64,000 bases of DNA, taken from NCBI GenBank assembly GCA_010093995.1, contig ML992510.1, positions 385,504 through 449,503 on the forward strand, in the 5' to 3' direction. Below the pieces are notes generated by a model. That model worked only from the letters and a program-made list of their open reading frames with translations. It searched no databases and was not told where the DNA came from. Made by a program: the position numbers and the translations under genes. Shown here one piece after another: positions 1-13,574 of this stretch. Numbering within the stretch: the first letter of the stretch is position 1; every line of letters starts with the position of its first letter. This stretch comes from Elsinoe ampelina. Its lineage: Eukaryota.

Positions 1-2239
1 AAGGAGTAGGCCCCTAAGCTTATAAGTACTTAATCTAATAAGGCTATTTACGTTCTTACTAACTACTAATCCTTAATATACTTTATAAAGACTTAGAAGC
101 TATTATACCGCTAAGTACGCTAGGCTCTCTACCTTGCGTAGTTTAACTTTAAGATTATATATAGGCCTAGCGCTACTAACGGCAAGGCTAATATACTTAC
201 GAGGAGGAATAGAAATATACTATATTCGAGAGAAGACTCTAATCTACGCTAGACACTACTACTATATAAGGTACTAGATTAGCGTATTATCGACGAACTA
301 AATCTAAGTTATATCCGAACTAGATTACTAATCTAAGCCGAACTAAAATCTAGTTCGGCATCTAGTTCGTAAACTAGTTTACTATCTAGTCTATTACCTA
401 TTTTACCTTCTATTTTACTACCTATATCGGCGCCTATTTCGGCTACTAAACTAGGTATCTACGTAGTACCTATCTTAGCTATAGAAGAGCCTTTACTCCT
501 TTTCGACGAAGTAGCTAAAGCTAACCTATAAGACTTCGATTTTAAGACAGTTTATAGTATTTACTATATAATAGAAGTCTTCCTAAAGAGGAAATAGCTA
601 CTATTAACTAATATTACAATTAAAAAGGGAATACTATAGGCTAATAGCCGACTAATTATACCTTTCTCTATAGCTACGAAGGTTATCTAAGGAGTTTATA
701 CATTAAAGAATTATATACACGTAGGAGCTACTAAGACGGCTACTATAATAAAGTCTACTTTCTATATCTCTAGATACAATAGTAACGTTAAGAGGTTTAT
801 TACTAACTATTATAACTATAAGCGTTTAAAGGCTCGTTATAGTTTACTAGCTAGTCTCTTATTACTATTGCCTATTCCGGAAAGGCCTTAGTAATATATT
901 ACTATAGACTTTGTTACTAGTCTACTCTTAGTAGATAGCTATAACGTAGTACTATATATTATAGATTACTTATCTAAGGAATAACACTTAATTTCTTACT
1001 TCTCTAGAGAAGGAGGCACCTTAGCGTTTAAGACTACTAAGTTATTATTCTTCTACGTTTAGAAACTATATAGCCTACTAGATAGTATTACCTCTAACTA
1101 TAGCTCTTAGTTCGTTAGCGACGTATAGAAAAAGCTCTACTAAATCCTAAAGATTACTACTAAACTATCTACTATAGAGTACCTATAAATAGATAGCTAA
1201 TTAGAGGTTATAAATTGTAAGTTTAAGCGGATTATTCGTTTATATACTACACGTTTTAGCAATTAGACTCTTATTCTACTAGTAGTAGAGTTCTCCGCTA
1301 ATACTAGCCTATTAGAAAGTACTAAGCTATTACTATTTAAGGTTACTAGGGGATATAAGCCTAGGCTAAGCTTCTAGCTCTCTTCTAACGTACTATTAAT
1401 AAGAGCTAAGCTAAATAAGACTAACATTTACGCCTTTACTAAGTAACTAAAAGAAGCGCTAGCTATTACTAAGGCTAACCTCGCTATTACCTAATTACAA
1501 ATAGTAGAGTAAGCTAATAGGCACTACTAGCTAATAGAGTTTAAGGTAGGCGATTTAGTTTAGCTATTAATAAAGAACCTCTAGTTACTAGGCAATCTAA
1601 AGCTACTACTAAAGTATATTAGTCCTTATAAGATCCTTAAAAAAACAGTTACTATTAGTATATAAGCTTAATCTACTAGCTACTCTATAAAGGATTTACT
1701 CTATATTTTACACCGACCTCCTTACTAAGCACCCGAATAACCCTCTACTAGGCTAAGCCTTTAAGGAACTACCTCTAGTAGAAGTCGATAGTAAAGAGAA
1801 ATACGAGGTAAACGATATAATTAATATACGTATACTATAAGAGAAGCTAGTTACTTATATAAGCTAGAAGAGCTATCTAGAGAATCTTACCTAGTAGCTA
1901 ATTAATAATCTTAAAGGAGTAGCCGACGTACTACGTAACTATCTAGACTCTTATACGGATAAGCTAAGGCTAAAATAGATTAATAAATAATATATAATAG
2001 TATTTAAGGGTAAATACGCTTAAGAGGGGAAGTAGTAATATAAGATAGATACGAACTAGATTTAGTTAGGATCTAGTTTAGATTAGTTATGTAATCTTAG
2101 TATCGTAGCCTAGACTTCCGGCTACTTTGCCCTCGATATTATATGTGCTTTATATACTAGCTCTTCTTCTTCTTCTTCTTCTAAGTCTTAATATCTTAAC
2201 GAATAGACATAATTAACCTCTTATCTTACTAGTCGTAAT
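1..2239 (+). mobile_element. RIP-degenerate Ty3/Gypsy LTR retrotransposon, family A (3' part: end of RNase H, integrase, chromodomain, PPT, 3' LTR)
   Basis: Degenerate motifs YRPSATNGKANILTRR (~160-210), LPIPERP*..IT.DFVT (~870-920), chromodomain-like segment (~1790-1960), purine tract aagagggga (2022-2030), then a ~200 bp LTR-like segment. Family B sequence resumes at ~2240. Many TAA/TAG stops. LTR edges approximate. Confidence 0.8.
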
Positions 2240-5200
2240 TAGTACTAGCGCTAGTACCTACTTAGCGCTACTACTCTAATTAAAGTCCTTTCTAACTATA
2301 ATAACCTTAGGTATTTCCTAACTACTAAGAAGCTTTTATAGTACTAGGCCTACTATACTAAGGTACTAGTATAGTTTAATATTGTTATCTAGCACTATAG
2401 TAGAAAGACTAACTCGGCTAATAGTCTATTACGTAGGCCTAACTACTATAAGTATAAAGAAGATATATAGAAAGAGCGCTATATATTAGTTTCTCTCTTA
2501 GAGTAAGTATTATAAATATAAAGTAAAGGAGTTATACTTATATCTATTATAGATAAGAAACCTAAGGCTAGTAGAGCCTAGGAAGATAGTAATAAAGCTA
2601 GTATAGCTTATATACCTTAAACTACTCCCTAATATAACATACTTATATAATTCTAATATACCTCTAGAATAGCGCCTATAAGTCTACCTATTACCTTAGG
2701 AGTGCTATAGCTATACTAAGAAGAGTTAGAGCCTCTAGAGTAAGAAGAGTAGCGCCTAGAAAGTACTTATATAAATCTTTCTCTAAGCCTAACTAGTAAT
2801 GTTAAATTAGAATAATATATATCTACTCTAGTATCCTAGGATATACTACTACTTACCTAGGAAATAATGGAGAGCTAAGAGTATAAAGATAGTATAACGC
2901 CTATATAACTCTAGGACACCTCTAGTAGAAAGCCTACTATAATTTTAGACTAGAGTTAGTAGATTATATACCTCTATACTATATAAGTATTAGTAGATAA
3001 GACTATATATATCTCTTCTACTTCTATATTACTCTAGGACCTTATCTACGTAGTATAGTAAAGGGACGCCTTTACTTATAGTAAGAAATAGAAACTTCTA
3101 AAAGAGAGAACCTTAACTAGTAATAGTACTACCCCTAAGTAGAGCCTATCTAGTAATAGCTTACTCCGGAACGGAGATAGAGTATATATCCTAGAAGAAA
3201 CTACCTTAAGAGTAGAGCTTATATAGTATAATTATAATAACTCCTTAGAGAGTTACTTTAGCTATATAAAGACCTACCTTAATATAAGGAGGAAGTACTA
3301 GTAGCTAGGTATATCCGTCGCTACGAAAGTATATATTAAGCACTATAATAGCTACTAAAGGTATAAGGTAATATAGTATAAGCCTTATAGCCTCCTATAA
3401 CTCTTACTAATTCTATCTATACTTAAGGCCTTATAATACTAGTTACTTAATTTTATTACTAGCTTACCCCTAGTAGAGCTCTAGCCTAGTGTTATTATAG
3501 ATATAATTATTATATATGTCTATTACTTATCTAAGTTTAGTATCTATATACTAATATTAACTAAGCTTAATACTAGAGACTTTACTAATCTATTTAAAAT
3601 AGATATTATAACGTTATTTAGAATGCTAAAGATACTAGTCTTAGATAGAGAGTCTATCTTTATAAGCAAATTCTAAAGTACGCTATACTAGCGCTAGAAG
3701 GTGTAATATAAGCTTAGCACCAGTTTCTATCTATAGATAGATAGCTAAACTAAAAGGTAAAACTAGACGCTAGAGTAGTACCTATACTACTTTATCGACT
3801 ATTACTAGATAGACTAGCTATATTAGGTTAAGTAGGCGCAATTTGTATATAATAACACATATTAAGTATTACTATACGCTACGCTAGTGTAGTTCTTATT
3901 TATATAGGAGATATACCTACTTAATAATATTAAGGCGCTAGCGCTACCTAGCTACGCGCTAGTATATAATCTATTAGTTAATAACTAAGTATAATCTATT
4001 ACTAAAACACACACGGAGCTTACCCAATACCTATATAAAGTATAGAAAGACTAAGCGCTAGCCTATAATAGAGGTTAATAAGTAAAGGTCTTCTATAATA
4101 GTAACGAAGTTATACTTAGCACTAAGAACCTTTATAGCGCTAGACCTAGCTATAAGCTATTAGCTAAGTATATTAGCCTATTTATAATTATATAACAAAT
4201 TAGTATATAGATATATAAGCTATACTTACTAGACAAAATAAAGCTAATCTATAACGTCTTTAACATTACGCTACTAGAGCTATATAGGTATAGTAAAGGT
4301 ATATACCTACTACCCCTAGAGGTAGAAGGGCAGGAAGAATATATTATTAAATATATCTTTAATAAGAGCTATACTAGCACCTCGAAGGTGCTATACTACC
4401 TAGTAAAGTAGTAGAGTTACTCTATAAAAGAAAGTATATAGAAGCTAGTAAAAAACCTTATAAATACTAAAGAATTACTATAGAAATACGAGGTAGCTTA
4501 GTATAAGTATAGCGCTAGCTAAATACTCTAGATATACTTAGGATTAATAAGTTAAAGGTATAAATTTTAAAGTAAAAAGTACCTAGGTATAGCACTAGGT
4601 TAGCTTAGAGTATTATTAGCTTACGTAGGGAGAACGCTAGCGTAGTAAAAACTATAGAATTATACTAAAGTAAAGGGGGCATAGCGTAAGTATAGCGCCC
4701 TAGCCCCCCCTACCTTAACTATCTATATTATCTATCTTAGTTTTATTCTTATTATTCTTCTTAATACTATTAATATATCTAGTTAGTACCCTTATAGCGT
4801 TATTAATTACCTACGTAGTAGTAGCTTACTTATTCTTAGTAACTACCTATAAGGAAGTTAGTATAGCTTAGGCATTATAGGGGCGTACTTCTAGACTTAT
4901 ATAATTAGCTAAAGCCTTAAGTATAAAGCTAGTATTACTAATTATACCTAGGCGTAGTGCCTTTACTAGCTACTTAGTATCGACTTTAGAGGTAAAGAGC
5001 GTAGTAAGAGTACTATTATAGCATAAAGAAGTTATACTATTACTATTACTCTTATTAACTACCTTACTCTTACTCTTAGCGTTAGACTTGCTCTATATAT
5101 ACTTAGCGCTAGCCTTCTCGTATATATAGTTAGTATAGGTAGTAATCTAGCGCTTTAGAAGAATAATGTTCTTCTTAGGAGTAGTAGTATTATTATAGAG

Positions 5201-5468
5201 TAGTATATATATAGTAAAGTATTTATTCTAGAGCTTCTTAGTAGTAACTTAATCCTTAGAGTTAAGCTTAGTAGGCTACTAAGGTTAGTATAAAGTAGAC
5301 GTAGTATAGGTATAGAGTATACCTAGTAGTAGTGTTTATTACTATAACTATAACAATTATAGTAGGTAGCTTTAGCCTTAGTAATATAGTAGAGAGAATC
5401 CTTAATAAAGAGTATACTATCTTTAAGCTAGAGGTACTTATCGATAGTAATAGCGTAGCGTAAGTATA

Positions 5469-5666
5469 TATAATAAAGGTAGAATATTAGAGCTAGAAAG
5501 ACAAGTATATAGGAGTAGAATAGGTGTTACACTAGTATACCCTTAATTATTATAAGACTAATCTCTACTCTATCTATTCTATAGGCGAGAAGTATTTTAT
5601 TCTTCTATAGAGAATAATATCTCTAGAGTAAGCTAGCGTAGTATACTTACTATGTTAGTTCTTATA
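5469..5666 (-). repeat. 3' LTR of B2
   Basis: Direct match to 12563-12760 and reverse complement of 20570-20767. TG...CA termini mutated to TA...TA. Purine tract adjacent on the minus strand. Confidence 0.9.
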
Positions 5667-6323
5667 ATTATTCCTTCTCTTCGAGAGGTATGCCCTTACG
5701 CCTATAAGCCTTAATAAAACCTAGAAAACCTAGTATAGAAGAAAACTAGGAAAGAGTATCTCGCTAGTGCCTCTTAGGTATAGTATACTCTTCGTACGTA
5801 TAGCGTGTCTATAGTAGCCTATACTATTCTTCGTATACTAGATATAGTAATAATAGTATAATTCTTTATATATAGAATATAGCGCTCTTACGTTGTTATT
5901 TTTATATATAAGGATCTACCTATTATTATATACTACTACCTATTATTCTCTAGATTAGGCTTAGCTTAGAGCTAGATATATACTCTTCTCTTTTTCTTCT
6001 CTTCTTCTTTTCTTCTTTATAATACTTCCTTTACGTAAGTATTCTACTTAACGCTAGCTCTATACTTACGTAGGTCTAATACTATACTAGTAACTTATTT
6101 TAGGTGCTATATAGTATAGACTAGGCCTTACTAGCCTAAGGGCTAGTAGGGGAGGCTTAGTATATACACTAAGCCTATACTACTATAGATCTAGCTATTA
6201 GGCTTATCTATTTAGTTGTTTATTTACTAACCTAGTATAGTATCTACGTAGTAATTTTTTTTCTCTTTGTTATTCTAGCTCTATACTAGCTTACCTTCTA
6301 TACGCTTATATACTTTAATAACT

Positions 6324-7194
6324 ATAGCTCCTAAAGTTCCTAAGGAGTAAGTATTATATATAGTACTTACGCTACGCTAGCGCTAACCTTTTATAGACCT
6401 TATAAGAGCGATTTTACTAACTAGAACTAGTACTCTATACTATACTTACGCTACGCTATTACTATTAATAAGCACCTCTAGCTCGAAGATAGTATACTCC
6501 CTATTAAGGATCCCCTCTACTAGATTACTAAGGCTAAAGCTACTCGCTATAATTGTTATAGTTATAGTAATAAACACTACTACTAGATATACTCTATACC
6601 TACGCTACGCCTACTTTATACTAACCTTAGTAGCCTACTAAGCTTAACTCTAAGGATTAAGTTACTACTAAGAAGCTCTAGAATAAATACTTTACTATAT
6701 ATATACTAACCTATAACGACGCTACTACTCCTAAGAAGAACATTATTCTCCTAAAGCGCTAGATTACTACCTACGCTAACTATATATATAAGAAGGCTAG
6801 CGCTAAGTATATATAGAGTAAGTCTAACGCTAAGAGTAAAAGTAAGGTAGTTAATAAGAGTAATAGTAATAGTGTAACTTCTTTACGCTATAATAGCGCT
6901 ATTACTATACCTTTCGCCCTTAAGGTCGACACTAAGTAGCTAGTAAAGGCGCTACGCCTAGGTATAATTAGTAATACTAGCTTTATACTTAAGGCTTTAG
7001 CTAATTATATAAGTCTAGAAGTATGCCCCTATAATGCCTAAGCTACGCTAACTTTCTCGTAGGTAGTTACTAAGAATAAGTAAGCTACTACTACGTAGGT
7101 GATTAATAACGCTATAAGAGCGCTAACTAGGTATATTAATAGTGTTAAGGAGAATAATAAGGATAAGAGTAAGGTAGATAATATAGATAGTTAA
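6324..7194 (+). pseudogene. Antisense accessory gene of family B (4 exons; Cys-cluster protein with acidic tail), RIP-damaged
   Basis: ATA(ATG)-GCT-CCT-AAA start at 6324. Intron-like segments 6347-6396 (gtaagt..gctaac..tag), 6587-6633 (gtatac in B1..tactaac..tag) and 7021-7062 (gtatgc..gctaac..tag). Splicing them gives one frame ending at TAA 7192-7194 in which the internal stops are RIP-type TAG/TAA. Confidence 0.6.
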
Positions 7195-10100
7195 GGTAGG
7201 GAGGGCTAGAGCGCTACGCCTATACTATACTCTCTTTACTTTAGTATAATTCTATAGTTTTCGCTACGCTAGCGTTCTCCCTACATAAGCTAATAATACT
7301 TCGAGCTAACCTAGCGCTATGCCTAGGTACTCTTTACTTTAAAATTTATACCTTTAACTTATTAATCCTAAGTGTATCTAGAGTGTTTAGCTAGCGCTAT
7401 ACTTACGCTAAGCTACCTCGTATTTATATAGTAATTCCTTAGCGTTTATAAGGTTTTTTACTAGCTCCTATATACTTTCTTCTATAGGGTAACTCTACTA
7501 CTTTACTAGGTAGTATAGCGCCTTTAGAGTACTAGTATAGCTCTTATTAAGGATATGTTTAATAATGTATTCTTCTTACCCTTCTACCTCTAGGGGTAGT
7601 AGATATATACCCTTACTACGCCTATATAGCTCTAGTAGTATAACGTTAAAGACGTTATAGATTAGCTTTATTTTGTCTAGTAAGTGTAGCTTATACGCCT
7701 ATATACTAATTCGTTATATAATTATAAACGAGCTAATGTACTTAGCTAATAGCTTATAGCTAAGTCTAGCGCTACGAAGGTTCTTAGTACTAAGTATAAC
7801 CTTATTACTATCGTAGAAGACTTTTACTTATTAATCTCTATTATAGGCTAGTACTTAGTCTTTCTATACTTTACGTAGGTGTTAGGTAAGCTCTATATAC
7901 GTTTTAGTAATAGATTATACTTAGTTGTCGACTAATAGGTTATACGCTAGTACGTAGCTAGGTAGCGCTAGCGCCTTAATATTATTAGGTAGGCATATCT
8001 TCTATATAAATAAGAACTATACTAGCGTAGCGTATAGTAATACTTAATATATATTGTTATACACGAATTACGCCTACTTAACCTAGTATAGCTAGTCCGT
8101 CTAGTAATAGTTAATAAAGTAGCGTAGGTACTACTCTAGCGTCTAGTTTTGCCTTTTAGTTTAGCTATCTATCTATAGATAGAAACTGGTACTAAGCTTA
8201 CGTTACGCCTTCTAGCGCTAGTATAGCGTACTTTAGAATTTACTTATAAAGATAGACTCTCTATCTAAGACTAGTGTCTTTAGCATTCCGAATAACGTTA
8301 TAATATCTATCTTAAATAGATTAGTAAAGTCTCTAGTATTAAGCTTAGTCGACGTTAGTATATAGATACTAAACTTAGATAAGCGATAGATATATACGAT
8401 AATTGTGTCTATAATAACGCTAGGCTAGAGCTCTACTAGGGGTAAGCTAGTAATAAAATTAAGTAACTAGTGTTATAAGGCCTTAAGTATAGATAGGATT
8501 AGTAAGAGTTATAGGAGGCTATAAGGCTTATACTATATTACCTTATACCTTTAGTAGCTATTATAGCGCTTAATATACACTTTCGTAGCGATAGATATAC
8601 CTAGCTACTAGTACTTTCTCCTTATATTAAGATAGATCTTTATATAGCTAAAGTAACTCTCTAAAGAGTTATTATAATTACGCTATATAAGCTCTACTCT
8701 TAAGGTAGTTTCTTCTAGGATATATACCCTATCTCTATTCTAGAGTAGGTTATTACTAGATAGACTCTACTTAGAGGTAGTACTATTACTAGTTAAGGTT
8801 ATCTCTTTTAGAAGTTTCTATTTCTTACTATAAGTAAAGGTGTCCCTTTACTATACTATATAGATAAGGTCCTAGAGTAACGTAGGAGTAGAAGAGATAT
8901 ATATAGTCTTATCTACTAGTACTTACGTAGCGTAGAGGCGCGTAATTTACTAACTCTAGTCTAAAATTATAGTAGGCTTTCTACTAGAGGTGTCCTAGAG
9001 TTACGCGGGCGTTATATTGTCTTTATACCCTTAGCTCTCTACTATTTCCTAGGCGAGTAGTAGTACGTCCTAGAATGCTAGGGTAGGCGTATATCGTCCT
9101 AATTTAATATTACTAGTTAGGCTTAGAGGAAGATTTACGTAAGTACTCTCTAGGCGCTACTCTTCTTACTCTAGAGGCTCTAACTCTTCTTAGTATAGCT
9201 ATAGCGCTCCTAAGGTAATAGGTAGACTTATAGGCGCTATTCTAGAGGTATACTAGAATTATATAAGTATATTACGTTAGAGAGTAGTTTAAGGTATATA
9301 AGCTATACTAGCTTTATTACTATCTTCCTAGGCTCTACTAGCCTTAGGTTTCTTATCTATAATAGATATAGGTGTAACTCCTTTACTTTACATTTATAAC
9401 ACTTACTCTAAGAGAGGGACTAATATATAGCGCTCTTCCTATATATCTTCTTTATACTTATAGTAGTTAGGCCTACGCGATAGACTATTATCTAGGTTAG
9501 TCTTTCTACTATAGTACTAGATAATAATATCGAACTATACTAGTACCTCGGCGTAGTAGGCCTAGCACTATAAAAGCTTCTTAGTAGTTAGGAAATACCT
9601 AAGGTTATTATAGTTAGAGAGAACTTTAATTAAGGTAGTAGCGCTAAGTAGGTACTAGCGCTAGTACTACGCTACTTCTATAATAGCGAGAAGCTCTTTA
9701 TTATAGGTAGTATAGTTTAGTTCTATACCTTATAGCTTCTAGGACTAGAATACTATAGAGTACTAGTGTTATATAGGAGTATTGCCTTCGTTTTACTAGG
9801 AGATTACTCTAGAGAGTATAAAATCTAAAGTATTAGTCTTAAGCTAGAGAGGCTTACCTAATAAAAAGTAGCGTAGTATAGGTACTTACGTAAAGGTAGC
9901 TTTAAGCCTATTAAAGGCCTACGCTACGTTATTACTCTATAGAAATAGGCCTACTTACTTCCCTTAAACTAACTCTTATATAAGTATAGTTAGTAGTAGT
10001 ACTACGTAGAAGAAGCCCTTAATAAATTAATAGTAGAAATTAGTAAATCCGAGAAAGGTTTATAACTTCTTAAGGCTAGTAGAGGTAGGCTAGTTAGCGA

Positions 10101-12562
10101 TAGCTTATACCTAGGGCTACTCTATTACAACGCTATTACTACTAATAACATAGCTTAGGAATACTATCTATATTACCTCGAAGATATACTTCTTTAGTTT
10201 TATATAGAGGCTATTCTTATATAGGTAGTCTAGTACACTCCTAATAGCCTAGTAATACTCTTACTTATCGCTAGTGTAGATTAGAATATCGTCTAGGTAT
10301 ATAATATAGTAGTAGTCTACTAAGCTACTTAAGTACTAATATATATAAGCCTAGAACGTAGCTAGGGCGTTAGTAAGGCTAAAAGGTATAATAGTATATT
10401 TAAAGTAGCTATAGTAATAGTAGAACGCTATCTTCTATTTATCGCTATACTAGATATATACTCTATAGTAGATATCTATAAGGTCTAGCTTACTAAATAA
10501 GTATACGCCCTTAATATAATTAAGCATCTTAGTAATTAAGGGTAAGGAGTAATAGTTCTTAATAGTAATATTATTTAGCCTATAATAGTTAATATATAGG
10601 TATAGCGAACTATTCTTCTTAGGAACGAATAGAATAGAAGACCCTATAGAGCTAGTGCTATACTAGAGTTAACCCGTCGCTAAGCTATTATCTATATACT
10701 CTCGAAGTACCTAAAGCTTCTTCTTACTAAGGGAGTAGATAGGTCCCTAAGGTAGCTATTTTCCCTCTTTAATATCGATAGAGTAAGTAAAATTATTACC
10801 TAGTAGCGCTATTACTATACTCTTATTAAAAACATCTATATAGTTATTAAGCTAGTATAGTAGAGTTAGGGCACTAGGTTCGTCCTAGCGTATATATACT
10901 AGGTAGAGCTAGGCGTTAGGCTAATTTAGCTCCTAGAAGAAGGAAGGTACATCTAGGATCGATACCTATATAGCGCTAGTATAATACCTCTACGTACTAG
11001 TGCTCTACTAAATCTTAGAGTCGTAGGATAATAGCTATAGTAGGCCTAATATAAGATTATAACTAGTTATATTAACGCTTTTAAACTACTAGCGTAATAC
11101 CTATATTATTCCTTTACTATCCTTAATAGTAAAGGCTAACTTAGTATATCTATAGGTAGTTAATTCGTATTTGTCTAAGCTACGTACTTAGTATACTACT
11201 AGGGGGTTAATAGCGATATAATAGCGTATAGTAAAATACTAGCTAATAAAGTTACTATCGGCGCTACTATCTATTAGAGCTACCTCTTCGATAGGGCCTT
11301 TAGGTAGATTAACTATAACGTTAGTATAAATTTAGTATATATCCTATATTACGCTAGAGCTACTTAGAATTAGTAAACGTAAGGATACTATCTATTTTAA
11401 AGAGTCCTTCTAGAGATAGTTTAGCGCCTAATAGTCTAGGCTCTTATAGATATTATAAGGGTAAGTAGCGCTAGGTTAGGGAGCTATAGGGGTAGCGTTA
11501 GTACTACTCTACTAGTCCTTTTAGCCCTTATAGTCTTCGTTATAGTAAGGCCTTTTAGTAAAAGTATTAGTCTTCTTTCTAGCGTTACGCTTATACTACC
11601 CCTATATAGGGTCGGAGTAGCCTAGTAGGTTCTACTCTAAATAGAATAGATATACTAGAAGTTCTACCTTAATTAAAAGTAGATTCCCCTAATAGAGTAC
11701 TTCCAAGTATAGCTCTAGCGTAGTATAGGCAATAAGCTATATATAGTAGGTATTATCTAGGAGTAGTACTATCTTAATATAGAACTTGTAACTATTAAGG
11801 AACATATAGAAATTAGTAATTAACTATTCTCTACGCTAGTATAACGTAAAGAACTTTACTATATAGCTATTACTATAGTTTTTAGAACTCTAGGCTTAGT
11901 CCTAAAGCTAGGACTATATTAGGCTCTATAAGAGTATAACGCTAGCGCTCTTAGTATATAAGTCCTAATTATAGCTAAGCTAACCTTTTAAGTAGCTAGT
12001 AGCTATATAGCACTAAGTAACTTCTTTAAAGTAGATATTTAGCACTATCTTAAAGACGTTATTATATATATATATAAATTCCTTAACTCTTACTATAATA
12101 GTAAACTCTAAAGCCTCGGGGTAGTATAAGTTTAGTATATACTCTCTTACGATTTATAGTTTTATTAGGCGAATATCGTCGAGTCGTATGTTATTAAAAC
12201 AACTATATAGCACCGGCGCTACAACTAGAGAGCAACTACTAAGTATATTCTTAAGCTAAGCGATATAAGTAAGAAGCGCTTTATATATAGTATTATTTCC
12301 TATATTAGCTATACTTCCTATAGGAGCTATATTAGTATAGTATAGTCTTAGCGCTAGGCCTTCCCTAGCCTAGTAATCTTTAATAGGAGTTGTCTCTAGA
12401 GTTGTAGCTAATTTAGTAAATGTCTCGCTAATAGCTAAGCTATTAGAGAGTTATCTATACTAGTGCTACTCTAGTAGTAGTTAGTCGTTTCGCTAGCGCT
12501 AAGTATAGGGTACTATCTTGTCCGTATAGCTCTATCTAATAGGATATAAGAGAGATTAGAAT

Positions 12563-12760
12563 TATAACGAAGGTAGAATATTAGAGCTAGAAAGACAAGT
12601 ATATAGGAGTAGAATAGGTGTTATACTAGTATACCCTCGATTATTATAAGACTAATCTCTACTCTATCTATTCTATAGGCGAGAAGTGTTTTATTCTTCT
12701 ACGGAGAATAGTATCTCTAGAGTAAGCTAGCGTAGCGTACTTGCTACGTTAGTCCTTATA
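12563..12760 (-). repeat. 5' LTR of B2
   Basis: 198-bp direct repeat of 5469-5666, followed by TSD gtata. Confidence 0.9.
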
Positions 12761-13111
12761 GTATAGTATAGAATACTAGTTCTAGTTAGTAAAATTACTC
12801 TTATAAGGTCTATAAAAGGTTAGTACTAGTATAGCGTAAGTACTATATATAATACTTACTCCTTAGGAACTTTAGGAGCTATAGTTATTAAAGTATATAA
12901 GTATATAGGAGGTAAGCTAGTATAGGGCTAGAATAATAAAGAGAAAAAAAATTACTACGTAGGTACTATACTAGGTTAGTAAACAAATAACTAAATAGAT
13001 AAGCCCGATAGCTAGATCTATAGTAGCGTAGGCTTAGTATATATACTAAGCCTCCTCTACTAGCCCTTAGGCTAGTAAGACCTAGTCTATACTATATAGC
13101 ACCTAAAATAG

Positions 13112-13574
13112 TGTTACGAACTAGTAGGACAGCTAAAACGTAGAGACGTTAGGACTAATTAAACTGCTAAGGTTATTACGTAACCTAGCCCGACGTTTAC
13201 TTAGTTCTCTATCTTCTCTAGCGGCTCTACCCTAGGGACTATAGAGTACGTAGGTTACTAGCGGACGTGTACTCTATATTGCCCCTAACTCTCGCTACGG
13301 AGCGCATAGAGCACATAGAGTATATAGTAAAGGGTATATATATATAGGAGTAGTTCTTACCTTATATAAGTACTATAGTTAACCTTATCTAGATAGCGAA
13401 CACTAGTATTGCTAAGGCTAGCCTTCGTAATACTATCTAATTGTACTTTATTATCTATAAGATATACCTTCTCTAACTCTTACCTTAGTACTATACTACT
13501 ATAGAAGTAGAACTACCTCGTTCTTAGCTTAGCTTAGACTACTAGCGTAGGCTATGTTTAGACAGTTCGTAACA
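13112..13574 (+). repeat. 5' LTR of C1
   Basis: TG...CA ends with a perfect 10-bp terminal inverted repeat; direct repeat of 19674-20136. Confidence 0.92.

Larger units (their letters stand above)
5469..12760 (-). mobile_element. Full-length Ty3/Gypsy family B copy 2 (B2), RIP-inactivated, inserted antisense into B1
   Basis: Direct 198-bp LTRs (5469-5666, 12563-12760). 5-bp TSD gtata (5464-5468 / 12761-12765). Minus-strand protease ALIDSSADSN (~11251-11280), RT IYLDDILIY (~10276-10302), integrase and chromodomain (~8700-7400). Confidence 0.9.

Noticed and set aside
290..460. Short imperfect repeats (gaactaga / tctagttcg) in element A
   Set aside because: Low-complexity linker between RNase H and integrase; not a CRISPR-like or regular array.
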